IMG/VR virus record: IMGVR_UViG_3300030419_006472
Span: 32,001 to 96,000 of that record
Direction: 5' to 3' (one strand)
Length of the DNA: 64,000 bases
Source of the DNA: a virus
Taxonomy: Duplodnaviria; Caudoviricetes
Part shown: piece after piece, positions 48,039 to 56,527 of the stretch
Numbering within the stretch: position 1 is the first letter of the stretch
Layout of the letters: each line of letters starts with the position of its first letter
Made by a program: the position numbers and the translations under genes
The notes under the pieces: model-generated
What the model was told of the DNA's origin: nothing
Database searches by the model: none
What the model saw: the letters and a program-made list of their open reading frames with translations, nothing else

Positions 48039-48306
48039 AAATTTTGATAATCTATTAAAATCCAGCATTAACGCAGCCGAGTCTGTTGAATCTATGGAAG
48101 AACAAGATATGTCGTTTATTAATGATTATCTTGCCGAGCATCTAAAATCATTTATATTACTCGGATATGACCTTAAAGGAGAAAGTGTAGTAATTGTTTC
48201 AGGTAAGAACCCTCAAGATTATGACGCTATTGAAACATTATTACGACGAGTAAGTAACATAGACTTTTTTAAAGACATACAAGAACAAACAAATACAAAT
48301 GAATAA
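48013..48306 (+). CDS. Hypothetical protein
   Basis: Operon-coupled 97-aa ORF. Confidence 0.65.
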   Translation: MKKQMPKPKNFDNLLKSSINAAESVESMEEQDMSFINDYLAEHLKSFILLGYDLKGESVVIVSGKNPQDYDAIETLLRRVSNIDFFKDIQEQTNTNE

Positions 48307-49207
48307 AATAATTGTCTTAGGTAACGGTTATATTGGTAAGAAGGCTTATAAGCATTTTGAAGAGAACTTAGAAGGTATATACGATGTAGTTCGCTTGTCG
48401 AACTATCCATATACTTCACCCGAGGAGTTAAAGGAAACATTATTTACTAATTTAATATCCGAGTTCCGAGGATCACAAACCAAATGGATAATTAATTGTG
48501 TTGGTTTTACTGGTTCTCCAAATGTAGACGCATGCGAAGAACAAAAACAAACATGCTGGGATTTGAACGTAACACTACCTACTATGTTAGCTCAATTCTG
48601 TACTCAACATAACGCAAAACTTATTAATGTAAGCTCCGGGTGTATATATGATACATTAGACGTGTTTGACACAGTATCGTTTACTGAAGAAGACGAGCCA
48701 AATTTCGGGTTAACTAACCCTGATAGTAGTTGGTACAGTAAGACAAAACATGCAGCAGAATTATGTTTAAACAACTTTGACAATGTTTATACTCTACGCA
48801 TAAGAATGCCTATTTGTAATGATTTTAATTCACAAAAAAACTACTTAAGTAAGATTTTAAAATACAATAACGTCTTAAATGATGTAAACTCTAAAACTGT
48901 TATTGAGGACTTACTAATCGTAATTAATAAAATAATTAATATCGAAGGCTTACCCGGTGGTGTTTATAATTGTGTAAACCCTGAACCTCTCCAAACGTCT
49001 GAAGTTTGTAGCATTTTAGATGATCATGGTTTGTGGAATCCTCATTGGAAGTTTATTACTTACAATGAATTAAAACAACATATTGTTGCTAATAGATCTA
49101 ATTGCGTTTTATCAATAGACAAATTAAAGGCGCATGGGTTAGATATGCCAACGGAGCGAGAATCATTATTTAGAATATTGGGCGAAAAAGAAGCATATGA
49201 AACATAA
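48299..49207 (+). CDS. NDP-4-keto-6-deoxyglucose 3,5-epimerase/4-reductase (NRS/ER-type, RmlD superfamily)
   Basis: LGNGYIG, NCVGFTGSPNVDACE, SSGCIY, YSKTK, LRIRMP and RSNCVL. Confidence 0.8.
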   Translation: MNKIIVLGNGYIGKKAYKHFEENLEGIYDVVRLSNYPYTSPEELKETLFTNLISEFRGSQTKWIINCVGFTGSPNVDACEEQKQTCWDLNVTLPTMLAQFCTQHNAKLINVSSGCIYDTLDVFDTVSFTEEDEPNFGLTNPDSSWYSKTKHAAELCLNNFDNVYTLRIRMPICNDFNSQKNYLSKILKYNNVLNDVNSKTVIEDLLIVINKIINIEGLPGGVYNCVNPEPLQTSEVCSILDDHGLWNPHWKFITYNELKQHIVANRSNCVLSIDKLKAHGLDMPTERESLFRILGEKEAYET

Positions 49208-50204
49208 AAACATCCTAGTAACAGGTGGCTTGGGATTTATTGGAAGTCATTTTGTTGAATTACTTTATGATAAATGTACTAATTGTAAGGTAACTATAGT
49301 AGATAATTATAGTTATTGTGTATCTCAAAAAACCGAAAATCATTTATGGGGCTTATATAAACATACCCCTGGTCATAATAACGAAATAGATATATGGTAT
49401 TGCCCTATTTCAGATTTTAAACTAGACAAACAATATGACTATATTGTAAATTTCGCAGCTGAATCACACGTAGATAATAGTATTAATGACGGGGATGTTT
49501 TTATTGATAGTAATTATGTAGGTGTGTATGAATTATTAAAACAGTTACCTGACAATACGAGATTTCTCCAAGTAGGTACAGATGAAGTATATGGTAGTTT
49601 ACAATTTGATTCGAACCCTAGTGAAGAGCATGACCTATTAGAACCGTCTTCTATATACTCTGCAACAAAAGCAGGAGCTGATTTATTAGCATTATCTTTT
49701 TATAAGACATATAAGAAAGATATTATTGTAACAAGATGTACAAATAATTTTGGTCCTAGGCAATACCCCGAGAAACTTATTCCAGTTATCGCTCAAAAAG
49801 CTACTAATGACGAACAGATACCGGTATACGGTAAAGGTGATAACATACGTCAATGGATATACGTCAAAGATCATTGCGAAAAAATATATAACGTGTTAAA
49901 ACTAGGAACCTCAGGAACAATATATAACCTTGCTCCCGACTCGGAATATAAATCAGAAATCAATAATATTAATTTAGTTCAAGAAATATTACATATTTTA
50001 AAGAAACCTGAAAGTCTTATTTCATTTGTAGAAGATAGAAAAGGTCATGATCTTAGATACAGCTTAAGTGATTCAATATATAAGGCGATGATAGTTAAAG
50101 CAGGTGACCAATTAGAATTTTCTGAAACCAAAAAAACATTTGCCGATGATTTGAAATATACTATAATGTGGTATATTAAAAATGAAAAATGGTGGGACAA
50201 ATAA
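49197..50204 (+). CDS. rmlB: dTDP-glucose 4,6-dehydratase
   Basis: TGGLGFIGS, FAAESHVD, TDEVYG, YSATK, NNFGP.QYPEKLIP and DRKGHDLRY. Confidence 0.95.
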   Translation: MKHKNILVTGGLGFIGSHFVELLYDKCTNCKVTIVDNYSYCVSQKTENHLWGLYKHTPGHNNEIDIWYCPISDFKLDKQYDYIVNFAAESHVDNSINDGDVFIDSNYVGVYELLKQLPDNTRFLQVGTDEVYGSLQFDSNPSEEHDLLEPSSIYSATKAGADLLALSFYKTYKKDIIVTRCTNNFGPRQYPEKLIPVIAQKATNDEQIPVYGKGDNIRQWIYVKDHCEKIYNVLKLGTSGTIYNLAPDSEYKSEINNINLVQEILHILKKPESLISFVEDRKGHDLRYSLSDSIYKAMIVKAGDQLEFSETKKTFADDLKYTIMWYIKNEKWWDK

Positions 50205-51084
50205 TCTCATAATTGATGGTAATAATCTCTTATACCGAATATTCTGGACTAATAATTTTAAACTAGATGAAAAAGATAGTCCCGGTCAAGTGTTTTTATT
50301 TTTACGATCTTTAAAATCTTATGTAGATAAGTTTCAACCGAAACAGATTTATTGTACGTGGGATAAGAAATTAGAATGGCCTTCATCTAATTTTAGAACC
50401 GAAGTTATTACTGTAGAGTATAAAGCAAATAGAGACGATGACAAATTCAAAGAAGTTCATCAATACTCAGAAAAAATACAAGAAATTATTTCCTTATTAG
50501 GGGTACATAATATGTTCCCATTAAGAATGGAGGCTGACGATTTAATGTCTTGGTTGTCATCTAGCCTACCTGGTAAAAGTGTTATAGTAACAACTGATAA
50601 AGACCTACTACAAACAATCTCTGTTGATACAAGAATCTATAGCCCTATAAAAAAGAAAATAGTTACACTACAAAACTTCGAAGAATATACAGGAGTAACT
50701 AAAGATCAATATTTAAATTACAGAGCAGTAACAGGTGATAAATCTGATAATATACCTGGAATACCTAGATACGGTCTTGCTAGATTTAAAAAATTAGATT
50801 TAAATAAACTAACAGAAGAACAACAAGTTATTTACGAGAGGAATTTAAAATTAATGGACTTAACTACAGGTTATGATTACTACCCTGATGAAGTACCTGT
50901 ATATGAAGAACAATTAAAAAAAAGCAAGAATCACAAAAGTGACTATAAAAAATTTATAGAAGAAGCGAAGAAATTGAATATGTGGTCTATTGTAAGAAAC
51001 TATTCTTCATGGCGCGAATCGTTTAATAATAACGAAAATATAATAAATATTATTAACAAGGCGATTAAAAATGCGAAAAGTTGA
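50182..51084 (+). CDS. rnh: T4 RNase H-like 5'-3' exonuclease
   Basis: IIDGNN, YKANR, EADD, TDKD.LQ and GDKSDNIPG. Confidence 0.92.
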   Translation: MKNGGTNNLIIDGNNLLYRIFWTNNFKLDEKDSPGQVFLFLRSLKSYVDKFQPKQIYCTWDKKLEWPSSNFRTEVITVEYKANRDDDKFKEVHQYSEKIQEIISLLGVHNMFPLRMEADDLMSWLSSSLPGKSVIVTTDKDLLQTISVDTRIYSPIKKKIVTLQNFEEYTGVTKDQYLNYRAVTGDKSDNIPGIPRYGLARFKKLDLNKLTEEQQVIYERNLKLMDLTTGYDYYPDEVPVYEEQLKKSKNHKSDYKKFIEEAKKLNMWSIVRNYSSWRESFNNNENIINIINKAIKNAKS

Positions 51085-51265
51085 ATATAAAAAAAATCCG
51101 AATAACATAATGGGCCCAGCAGGTAATACAATTACACCTACGATGAGAGAGGTTAGAATGGGTAATGAAATACGTACGGAAGCGCATTATAACGATCCTC
51201 ATACTGGTCAATTTATTACAAAACAAATAGTAGATGTCCGACCAGTAAAAGATGAGCCTAAGTGA
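51071..51265 (+). CDS. Hypothetical protein
   Basis: Overlap-coupled between rnh and the primase. Confidence 0.65.
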   Translation: MRKVEYKKNPNNIMGPAGNTITPTMREVRMGNEIRTEAHYNDPHTGQFITKQIVDVRPVKDEPK

Positions 51266-52280
51266 CGTTATACCGCAGGAGTATATAGTAGAAAAATTTT
51301 ATCAATACGCAGGGTATCCTAAGTATAAAAAATTAACTAATGTATACGAAGGCGGTTGCCCGGTCTGTAGAGAAGGTAAATCTTGGAATAAAAAAAGAAG
51401 ACTTTACTATATAGTAAAAGAAAATCATATTTTCTGTCATAATTGTGGTTGGAGTGGTTCACCTGTAAAGTGGGTTCAAGAGGTAACAGGTAAAAATTAC
51501 ATTGATATAATTAATGAATGTAAGAATGTAAATGTATTTAATATTCCTATTGAAAAGGACATTCCCATAACTCCGGAGAAACCGCCACAGTCTCTTCCCG
51601 GTGATTGTGTTAATTTATATGATAAAGTACAATGTAGTTTTTATAATCATGAACCTATGGTAAATCATGCTATAATTACATGCAAAGAAAGGAGATTACT
51701 AACTGCAATTAATAAACCTAAAACGTTGTGGTTTAGTAGAAATGATTTCGTCCATAAAAATAGAATAATAATACCTTTCTATGACGACAATAAAATTATA
51801 TTTTATCAATCGAGAAAATTAAAACAAAATAAAAAAGATACAAAACCAAAGTACCTTTCGAAAATAGGAGCCGATAAAACAATATTTAATATTGATAAAA
51901 TAGATAATGATTTGGATTATATTTTTATTTTTGAAGGACCTATAGATAGCTTTTTTGTTAAAAACGGTGTTGCAGTAGGAGGTATTAGTAAAGGTAGATC
52001 TTGCTTTACAAAACGACAACAGCAACAAATAAATCAAAAACCTTTCCATAAGCGTATTTGGGTTCTTGATAATCAATATTGCGACGAGACAGCAAAAGAA
52101 AAAACTCGACTATTACTCAGTCAAGGAGAAAAATGTTTTATATGGCCAGAGGAATTATTAAATTATAAAGATTTTAATGACTTATGTGTGCAGATAGACC
52201 GAGACGAGATAACTCCTCAATTTATAATTAAAAATAGTTATACCGAATTAAAAGGTAAATTATTATTATCTAAGATTTAA
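51252..52280 (+). CDS. gp61: DNA primase gp61
   Basis: Zn finger CPVC...CHNC, RIIIPF, KY, EGPIDS, LDN and KDFND. Confidence 0.93.
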   Translation: MSLSDVIPQEYIVEKFYQYAGYPKYKKLTNVYEGGCPVCREGKSWNKKRRLYYIVKENHIFCHNCGWSGSPVKWVQEVTGKNYIDIINECKNVNVFNIPIEKDIPITPEKPPQSLPGDCVNLYDKVQCSFYNHEPMVNHAIITCKERRLLTAINKPKTLWFSRNDFVHKNRIIIPFYDDNKIIFYQSRKLKQNKKDTKPKYLSKIGADKTIFNIDKIDNDLDYIFIFEGPIDSFFVKNGVAVGGISKGRSCFTKRQQQQINQKPFHKRIWVLDNQYCDETAKEKTRLLLSQGEKCFIWPEELLNYKDFNDLCVQIDRDEITPQFIIKNSYTELKGKLLLSKI

Positions 52281-52760
52281 TTACTCACCCCAACCTGCAG
52301 GTCGCGGTCCAGCTATTTCATCAGCCCACGCCTTGTCAGTTAACGCCCTATCACCAGCTATGTAAACCGCCCATTTTTTATCTAAGTCAGACGCGTAACC
52401 ACCTTGGTGTTGTGGGTTTGCTTTTTGCCATTCGGCGGACCCTCTATCTGGTTTTGGAAGAGGTTTGTATTCTGGTTCTGGCTCAGGAGCTGGCTCAGAA
52501 AAAACTTCAGTATTTTCGGCATCAAAAGCAGCTAATGCTCTTTCTGCCTTTTTTCTTTGACCCTTAGCAGACACGTATGCTTTCTCAGCAATACTTTCAT
52601 CTTCACCTTTTGCTGCGACTAGACCCTCAGGAACATCTCCGTTGTGATCTTTTTCAATTTGCGCCCACTCTGTTCGAGCTGCCTTCCACGCCATGCGAGC
52701 CTTTTGAGCCGCGACCGAACTGTCATCTACTGCTTTTTGTAATTCTGCTCGTGTTGCCAT
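52281..52760 (-). CDS. Hypothetical late protein (Ala-rich coiled coil, PEPEP linker)
   Basis: 159-aa ORF with TAAATA upstream. Confidence 0.7.
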   Translation of the reverse strand: MATRAELQKAVDDSSVAAQKARMAWKAARTEWAQIEKDHNGDVPEGLVAAKGEDESIAEKAYVSAKGQRKKAERALAAFDAENTEVFSEPAPEPEPEYKPLPKPDRGSAEWQKANPQHQGGYASDLDKKWAVYIAGDRALTDKAWADEIAGPRPAGWGE

Positions 52761-52768
52761 AATATTAA

Positions 52769-53179
52769 TTATTTATGCTTTTCTATATAAAGGTTTTTAA
52801 AAATTTGATGTAAACCTGCCAATCTTTCACATACATCTAAAATTTCATTTTTTGTTGAATCAGAAACATCAGCGAAAATAGTACCTACTTTATTATCGTT
52901 TCTTAACTTCCCTAATACACTATTAACACCACCGTTAAGGTATTGTAATACATCATCAATGTTCGTAATCCACTCTTGTAGATCTTTAAGTTCTTCCTGT
53001 TCATTGGGGTTTTGATCTATTACGTCCTCGAAATCAGCCGCATGTCCTGGTTCATCTAAGGCATTTGCGAAGGACTCTTTATCATCTTCTGGTGCAGCAT
53101 CAATCGCTGGAGCAGGTATTGGTGGACCTGGTTCATCTTCTAAAAGTAAAGATAAAAACCTATTTTCAAACTTTCCCAT
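52769..53179 (-). CDS. Hypothetical acidic late protein, candidate internal head protein
   Basis: N-terminus MGKFENRFLSLLLED; TAAATA 5 nt upstream. Confidence 0.7.
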   Translation of the reverse strand: MGKFENRFLSLLLEDEPGPPIPAPAIDAAPEDDKESFANALDEPGHAADFEDVIDQNPNEQEELKDLQEWITNIDDVLQYLNGGVNSVLGKLRNDNKVGTIFADVSDSTKNEILDVCERLAGLHQIFKNLYIEKHK

Positions 53180-53184
53180 GTAAT

Positions 53185-53197
53185 TATTTATTAAATA
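53185..53197. promoter_or_regulatory. Back-to-back late promoters
   Basis: tattta (53185-53190, TAAATA on the minus strand) and taaata (53192-53197, plus strand) in a 21-bp divergent gap. Confidence 0.65.
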
Positions 53198-53200
53198 CTT

Positions 53201-53566
53201 ATGATGAAAGGCATACTTTTTGAAGATTTATATAAGTACACTAACAAGTACTGGAAAGACGTAAAGTCTAGACATGTTCGACCCACTACAAAAACATTAG
53301 ATGATATTGCAAAAGCTAGTCCTGCGACGTATAATCAAATTTCAGCTGACCTTGTTCCTTTTCCTGGTGATCATTTAATCGAGCAACTCGGTAGCGCATT
53401 CACAAACATATCTGACGCTACTTACTTATTAAATCAGCTTTTTGAAAATCCTTCTGTGCACTTAGACGAAAAAATTGTAAAATCCGCAAATTTAAAGTTG
53501 CAAAAAATTCAGGATCTTATAAAATCTGTGTCGGAAGATTTAGATCATGACGAGACAGATAGTTAA
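53201..53566 (+). CDS. Hypothetical late protein
   Basis: 121-aa ORF following TAAATA. Confidence 0.7.
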   Translation: MMKGILFEDLYKYTNKYWKDVKSRHVRPTTKTLDDIAKASPATYNQISADLVPFPGDHLIEQLGSAFTNISDATYLLNQLFENPSVHLDEKIVKSANLKLQKIQDLIKSVSEDLDHDETDS

Positions 53567-53954
53567 AAGTATATTAATTGTTTCTTTAATTTCACTTTCA
53601 ATAAGTAGCATAGCGATGCTATTTTACCCTTCCCTTATAACATTTATAAAAGTTGCAATAGGTACAACCGGAATACAAATATTATTCTTTTTTATTTACA
53701 ATAATGTTCTTAGATATATCGCTCGGTTAAACCTAGAAAAAGAAGCTCTTCAATTATCTCAATTAGCTGAACAAAATCGAATTTTAGCTGAATGTCAGGC
53801 ATGTAAGAAAATGAATAACGTATATGTAAAATTAACTGAAGAAAATGAATTTAATTGTGAAGATTGTAGCACACTTAATAAAATACAAATTGATATCAGT
53901 ACTATATTACCGACGAATTTCCCAGACACTGGGACAATGATTTATGATAAATAA
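53547..53954 (+). CDS. Two-TM membrane protein with C-terminal Zn ribbon
   Basis: Two hydrophobic helices followed by CQAC...CEDC. Confidence 0.7.
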   Translation: MTRQIVKSILIVSLISLSISSIAMLFYPSLITFIKVAIGTTGIQILFFFIYNNVLRYIARLNLEKEALQLSQLAEQNRILAECQACKKMNNVYVKLTEENEFNCEDCSTLNKIQIDISTILPTNFPDTGTMIYDK

Positions 53955-54165
53955 AAAACCCACGAAAGACTACTCACAGCTCGCAAGATGGTTATGCTTA
54001 TTTGAAGCTGTTAATATTATTTCAGAGAAAGCTGACCAAATCGGTCAAGGAAAAGACTGTTTAAAGCCAATACCAATTAACAAATATATTAACGAAAGAT
54101 ATCCTTCAGTATTAAAAGACGTTGAATATGAATTTAGTAATAGTCACCGTACACGTCGTCGTTAG
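53944..54165 (+). CDS. Hypothetical protein
   Basis: Coupled 73-aa ORF. Confidence 0.6.
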   Translation: MINKKPTKDYSQLARWLCLFEAVNIISEKADQIGQGKDCLKPIPINKYINERYPSVLKDVEYEFSNSHRTRRR

Positions 54166-54886
54166 ATCCATAATCAAAATAAGTTGATTGTTCTGTATCC
54201 AAATCATTAATATAATCTGTATCAATAGCTGTTAAAGGACCAGTACCAGATTGATCGGCAACTTGTGTAGATTTAGCCTCAGCAGGTAATCCTGGTAAGA
54301 ACGTATGATCATTTCTGCGAGCTCGAAGTCTAAACACATAATGGCCTTGAAGCTGGTTAATCTCATTAACCATTTGATCCATACGTTCTGTGATTTCAAA
54401 TATCTTTCCGTCCTTACCTCCAGGTCGATCAATTGAACCATATTCGGTTAATTGAAATACATCCCCGGCGTTAGGTACAGCACTTAAAGTACCAGTATAA
54501 CCAGATTCGTGATAATAGGAAGAAAGAGTTTGCTGATAAGTTTCAATATCTATTACTGCTGTTAATTCATCATCAGATACTAAACCGTATTGAGAATATG
54601 TTACTGCACCATCCGTTAAATCTATTAACATAGTCATGGTCTCAGGAGACTGGTATCCTTGAAGCGGATTTTCGCCATATACTTTATCAGTCTTATCTAA
54701 ATCAAATTTTCGGACATAATAACTAACGTTAGTACCATATAACCGTATTTGTTCTTTCCACCATTTTTTATACGTCTTATTACGTTCGTTAGCGCCTAAC
54801 GATTTATTATTAAACCGAATAACATTCTCAGCGTCACTATGATAGTTAACTGCTGTAACTGTATCTGTACTCCATGCTGATGCCAT
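54134..54886 (-). CDS. gp14: Neck/head-completion protein gp14
   Basis: EQIRLYG..V.Y..R, VYGE.P, SQYGL..DDELT, P..GDV and IFEI match the T4 gp14 pattern. Confidence 0.78.
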   Translation of the reverse strand: MASAWSTDTVTAVNYHSDAENVIRFNNKSLGANERNKTYKKWWKEQIRLYGTNVSYYVRKFDLDKTDKVYGENPLQGYQSPETMTMLIDLTDGAVTYSQYGLVSDDELTAVIDIETYQQTLSSYYHESGYTGTLSAVPNAGDVFQLTEYGSIDRPGGKDGKIFEITERMDQMVNEINQLQGHYVFRLRARRNDHTFLPGLPAEAKSTQVADQSGTGPLTAIDTDYINDLDTEQSTYFDYGSNDDVYGDYY

Positions 54887-55197
54887 TACTTCTTAATATA
54901 ATATTGATTGTTATCGATATACATTGTTATTCCAGTATTACCTAAATTCCTTGAACCCTTCTCTTCAAGATCTGTAATTCCATATATATCTTTTATAGTT
55001 TGAACATCTCGGTCATTTAAAAGAAATATACCGTTTTTTTTCTTTTTTAAATTATCTAATATACGACAAGAAGTAGCATCTGCTCTATGACTTGCAGGTA
55101 ACAAATTTTGACGTGTTCTACCGGAGCCTGCACTTCCTCGTAATTTATATAAATCCTTACACCCTAAAGCTTCAAGAAATTTTCGAGTGAATAACAT
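54886..55197 (-). CDS. Hypothetical late protein
   Basis: N-terminus MLFTRKFLEAL; TAAATA upstream. Confidence 0.7.
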   Translation of the reverse strand: MLFTRKFLEALGCKDLYKLRGSAGSGRTRQNLLPASHRADATSCRILDNLKKKKNGIFLLNDRDVQTIKDIYGITDLEEKGSRNLGNTGITMYIDNNQYYIKK

Positions 55198-55211
55198 TTT
55201 AATTATTTAAT

Positions 55212-55243
55212 AAAAAAAGCCCCCTACATTAACGTAGAGGGCT
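55212..55243 (-). terminator. Rho-independent terminator after the acidic late gene
   Basis: Minus strand reads AGCCCTCTAC-gttaat-GTAGGGGGCT followed by a T run. Confidence 0.85.
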
Positions 55244-55266
55244 ATCAAAGGTATTATATATTTATC

Positions 55267-56514
55267 TTATGTCTTTGCATTGGCCTTTAACGGACCTTTG
55301 CCATACTTGGTATCACCAGTCTTTTTACCATCTCCGGTTTCTTTACCAGTAGTTGGATCGTCGTCTGTAACCTTAGCATCACCCGTACCTGTAGACTTAC
55401 CACCTAAACTATCAGCGGCAGGATCTGTAGCATTACCAGCACCATCAGAAGGATCAACACCTGTCTTTGTACCAGCGCCTGTCGGTTTTCCGGTAGATGT
55501 TTCATCTCCCTCAGACACTGTTTCAGCGTTCTCTGCACTTTCATGTGCAACTCCCTCTTCCGGTTCGTCTTCAGCTGCGTCAAATTCATCTTCAGCTGCG
55601 TCGTCGGCAGGGGCTAATTGATCAACAATTGCTTTAAGAGCATCGCATTGATCAGCAGTTAATGTTATTGTGACATCACCGTTATCGTCACTTGGTTCGT
55701 CGTCAAATCCGAGATCATCAGGGCTAGGTAGACCTAACTCAGCGCCGAATTCGTCGTCTTCATTCATAACTTGCTCGTAGAGCTTATCAAATATAGATTT
55801 ATCTTCTGACATAATATTACCTTTGTTAGAATTATTTATACTATCCTCAACAACTTTCTCTTCCTTTTCAGCATTTTTTTCTTCTGCTTCCTTGGGTTCC
55901 TGTAAATCGTCTTCAACATGACATGTGGCCGATTCCTGTTCTGTTGAATCAGTTTCCTCTGCAGGACGTTGTGTTTTCTTATCAACCTTATTGTACCCAC
56001 TTTCATCAGGTTGTTTATATGATGTGCCGTCCTCTTCATTTAATCTAGCTTTTAACGAAAAGCCTTTTGAACCTGAAGATAACCGACTTTCATACTCTTC
56101 CATTATATTTGTAAAACTCATAATTTTCTTTTTCTCCTTAAGTGTGACTAGCTTTCTTTCAACTCTAACTGATTCTTTCTTTACAACACTGTCTCTTTTA
56201 ACCTCGATCGCGTCGCCAACGGCAGCTAAATTAAGATACTCACCGTCAACATCAATAACTACGTAATCATCATCCTCACCCTCAACCTCTACTAGATCCC
56301 CGACATCTAATGGCTCATCATCTAAATAATCACCACTATGACGAGAAGGATCACCAAAATCCTCTTCATCACCAAAATCTGGACCGAGGTCTTCATTAAC
56401 TTTTTTACTATCCTCCTCAAGAATAGTCTCCGTCTTCGCAGTGTCTTCAGCAACTACCTTTGCCGTAGCATTTGCAAAGGCTTCATTAATAGAGTTTAAA
56501 TCTTTGCTGTTCAT
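55267..56514 (-). CDS. Highly acidic late protein, candidate prohead core/internal head protein
   Basis: D/E-rich, with many hydrophobic-x-E motifs; TATAAATA upstream; has its own terminator. Confidence 0.65.
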   Translation of the reverse strand: MNSKDLNSINEAFANATAKVVAEDTAKTETILEEDSKKVNEDLGPDFGDEEDFGDPSRHSGDYLDDEPLDVGDLVEVEGEDDDYVVIDVDGEYLNLAAVGDAIEVKRDSVVKKESVRVERKLVTLKEKKKIMSFTNIMEEYESRLSSGSKGFSLKARLNEEDGTSYKQPDESGYNKVDKKTQRPAEETDSTEQESATCHVEDDLQEPKEAEEKNAEKEEKVVEDSINNSNKGNIMSEDKSIFDKLYEQVMNEDDEFGAELGLPSPDDLGFDDEPSDDNGDVTITLTADQCDALKAIVDQLAPADDAAEDEFDAAEDEPEEGVAHESAENAETVSEGDETSTGKPTGAGTKTGVDPSDGAGNATDPAADSLGGKSTGTGDAKVTDDDPTTGKETGDGKKTGDTKYGKGPLKANAKT

Positions 56515-56515
56515 G

Positions 56516-56527
56516 TAAATATTTATA
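56516..56527. promoter_or_regulatory. Palindromic bidirectional late promoter
   Basis: taaatattta gives TAAATA on the plus strand (6 nt before the gp17 GTG) and TATAAATA on the minus strand (5 nt before ATG 56514). Confidence 0.7.

Noticed and set aside
27294-48306. An unassigned ORF (27294-27836, 45084-45725, 47724-48306) as a cryptic DpdA/TGT
   Set aside because: They are too short for a TIM-barrel transglycosylase and lack DSG/DCG-type catalytic motifs. DpdA may lie outside the window.
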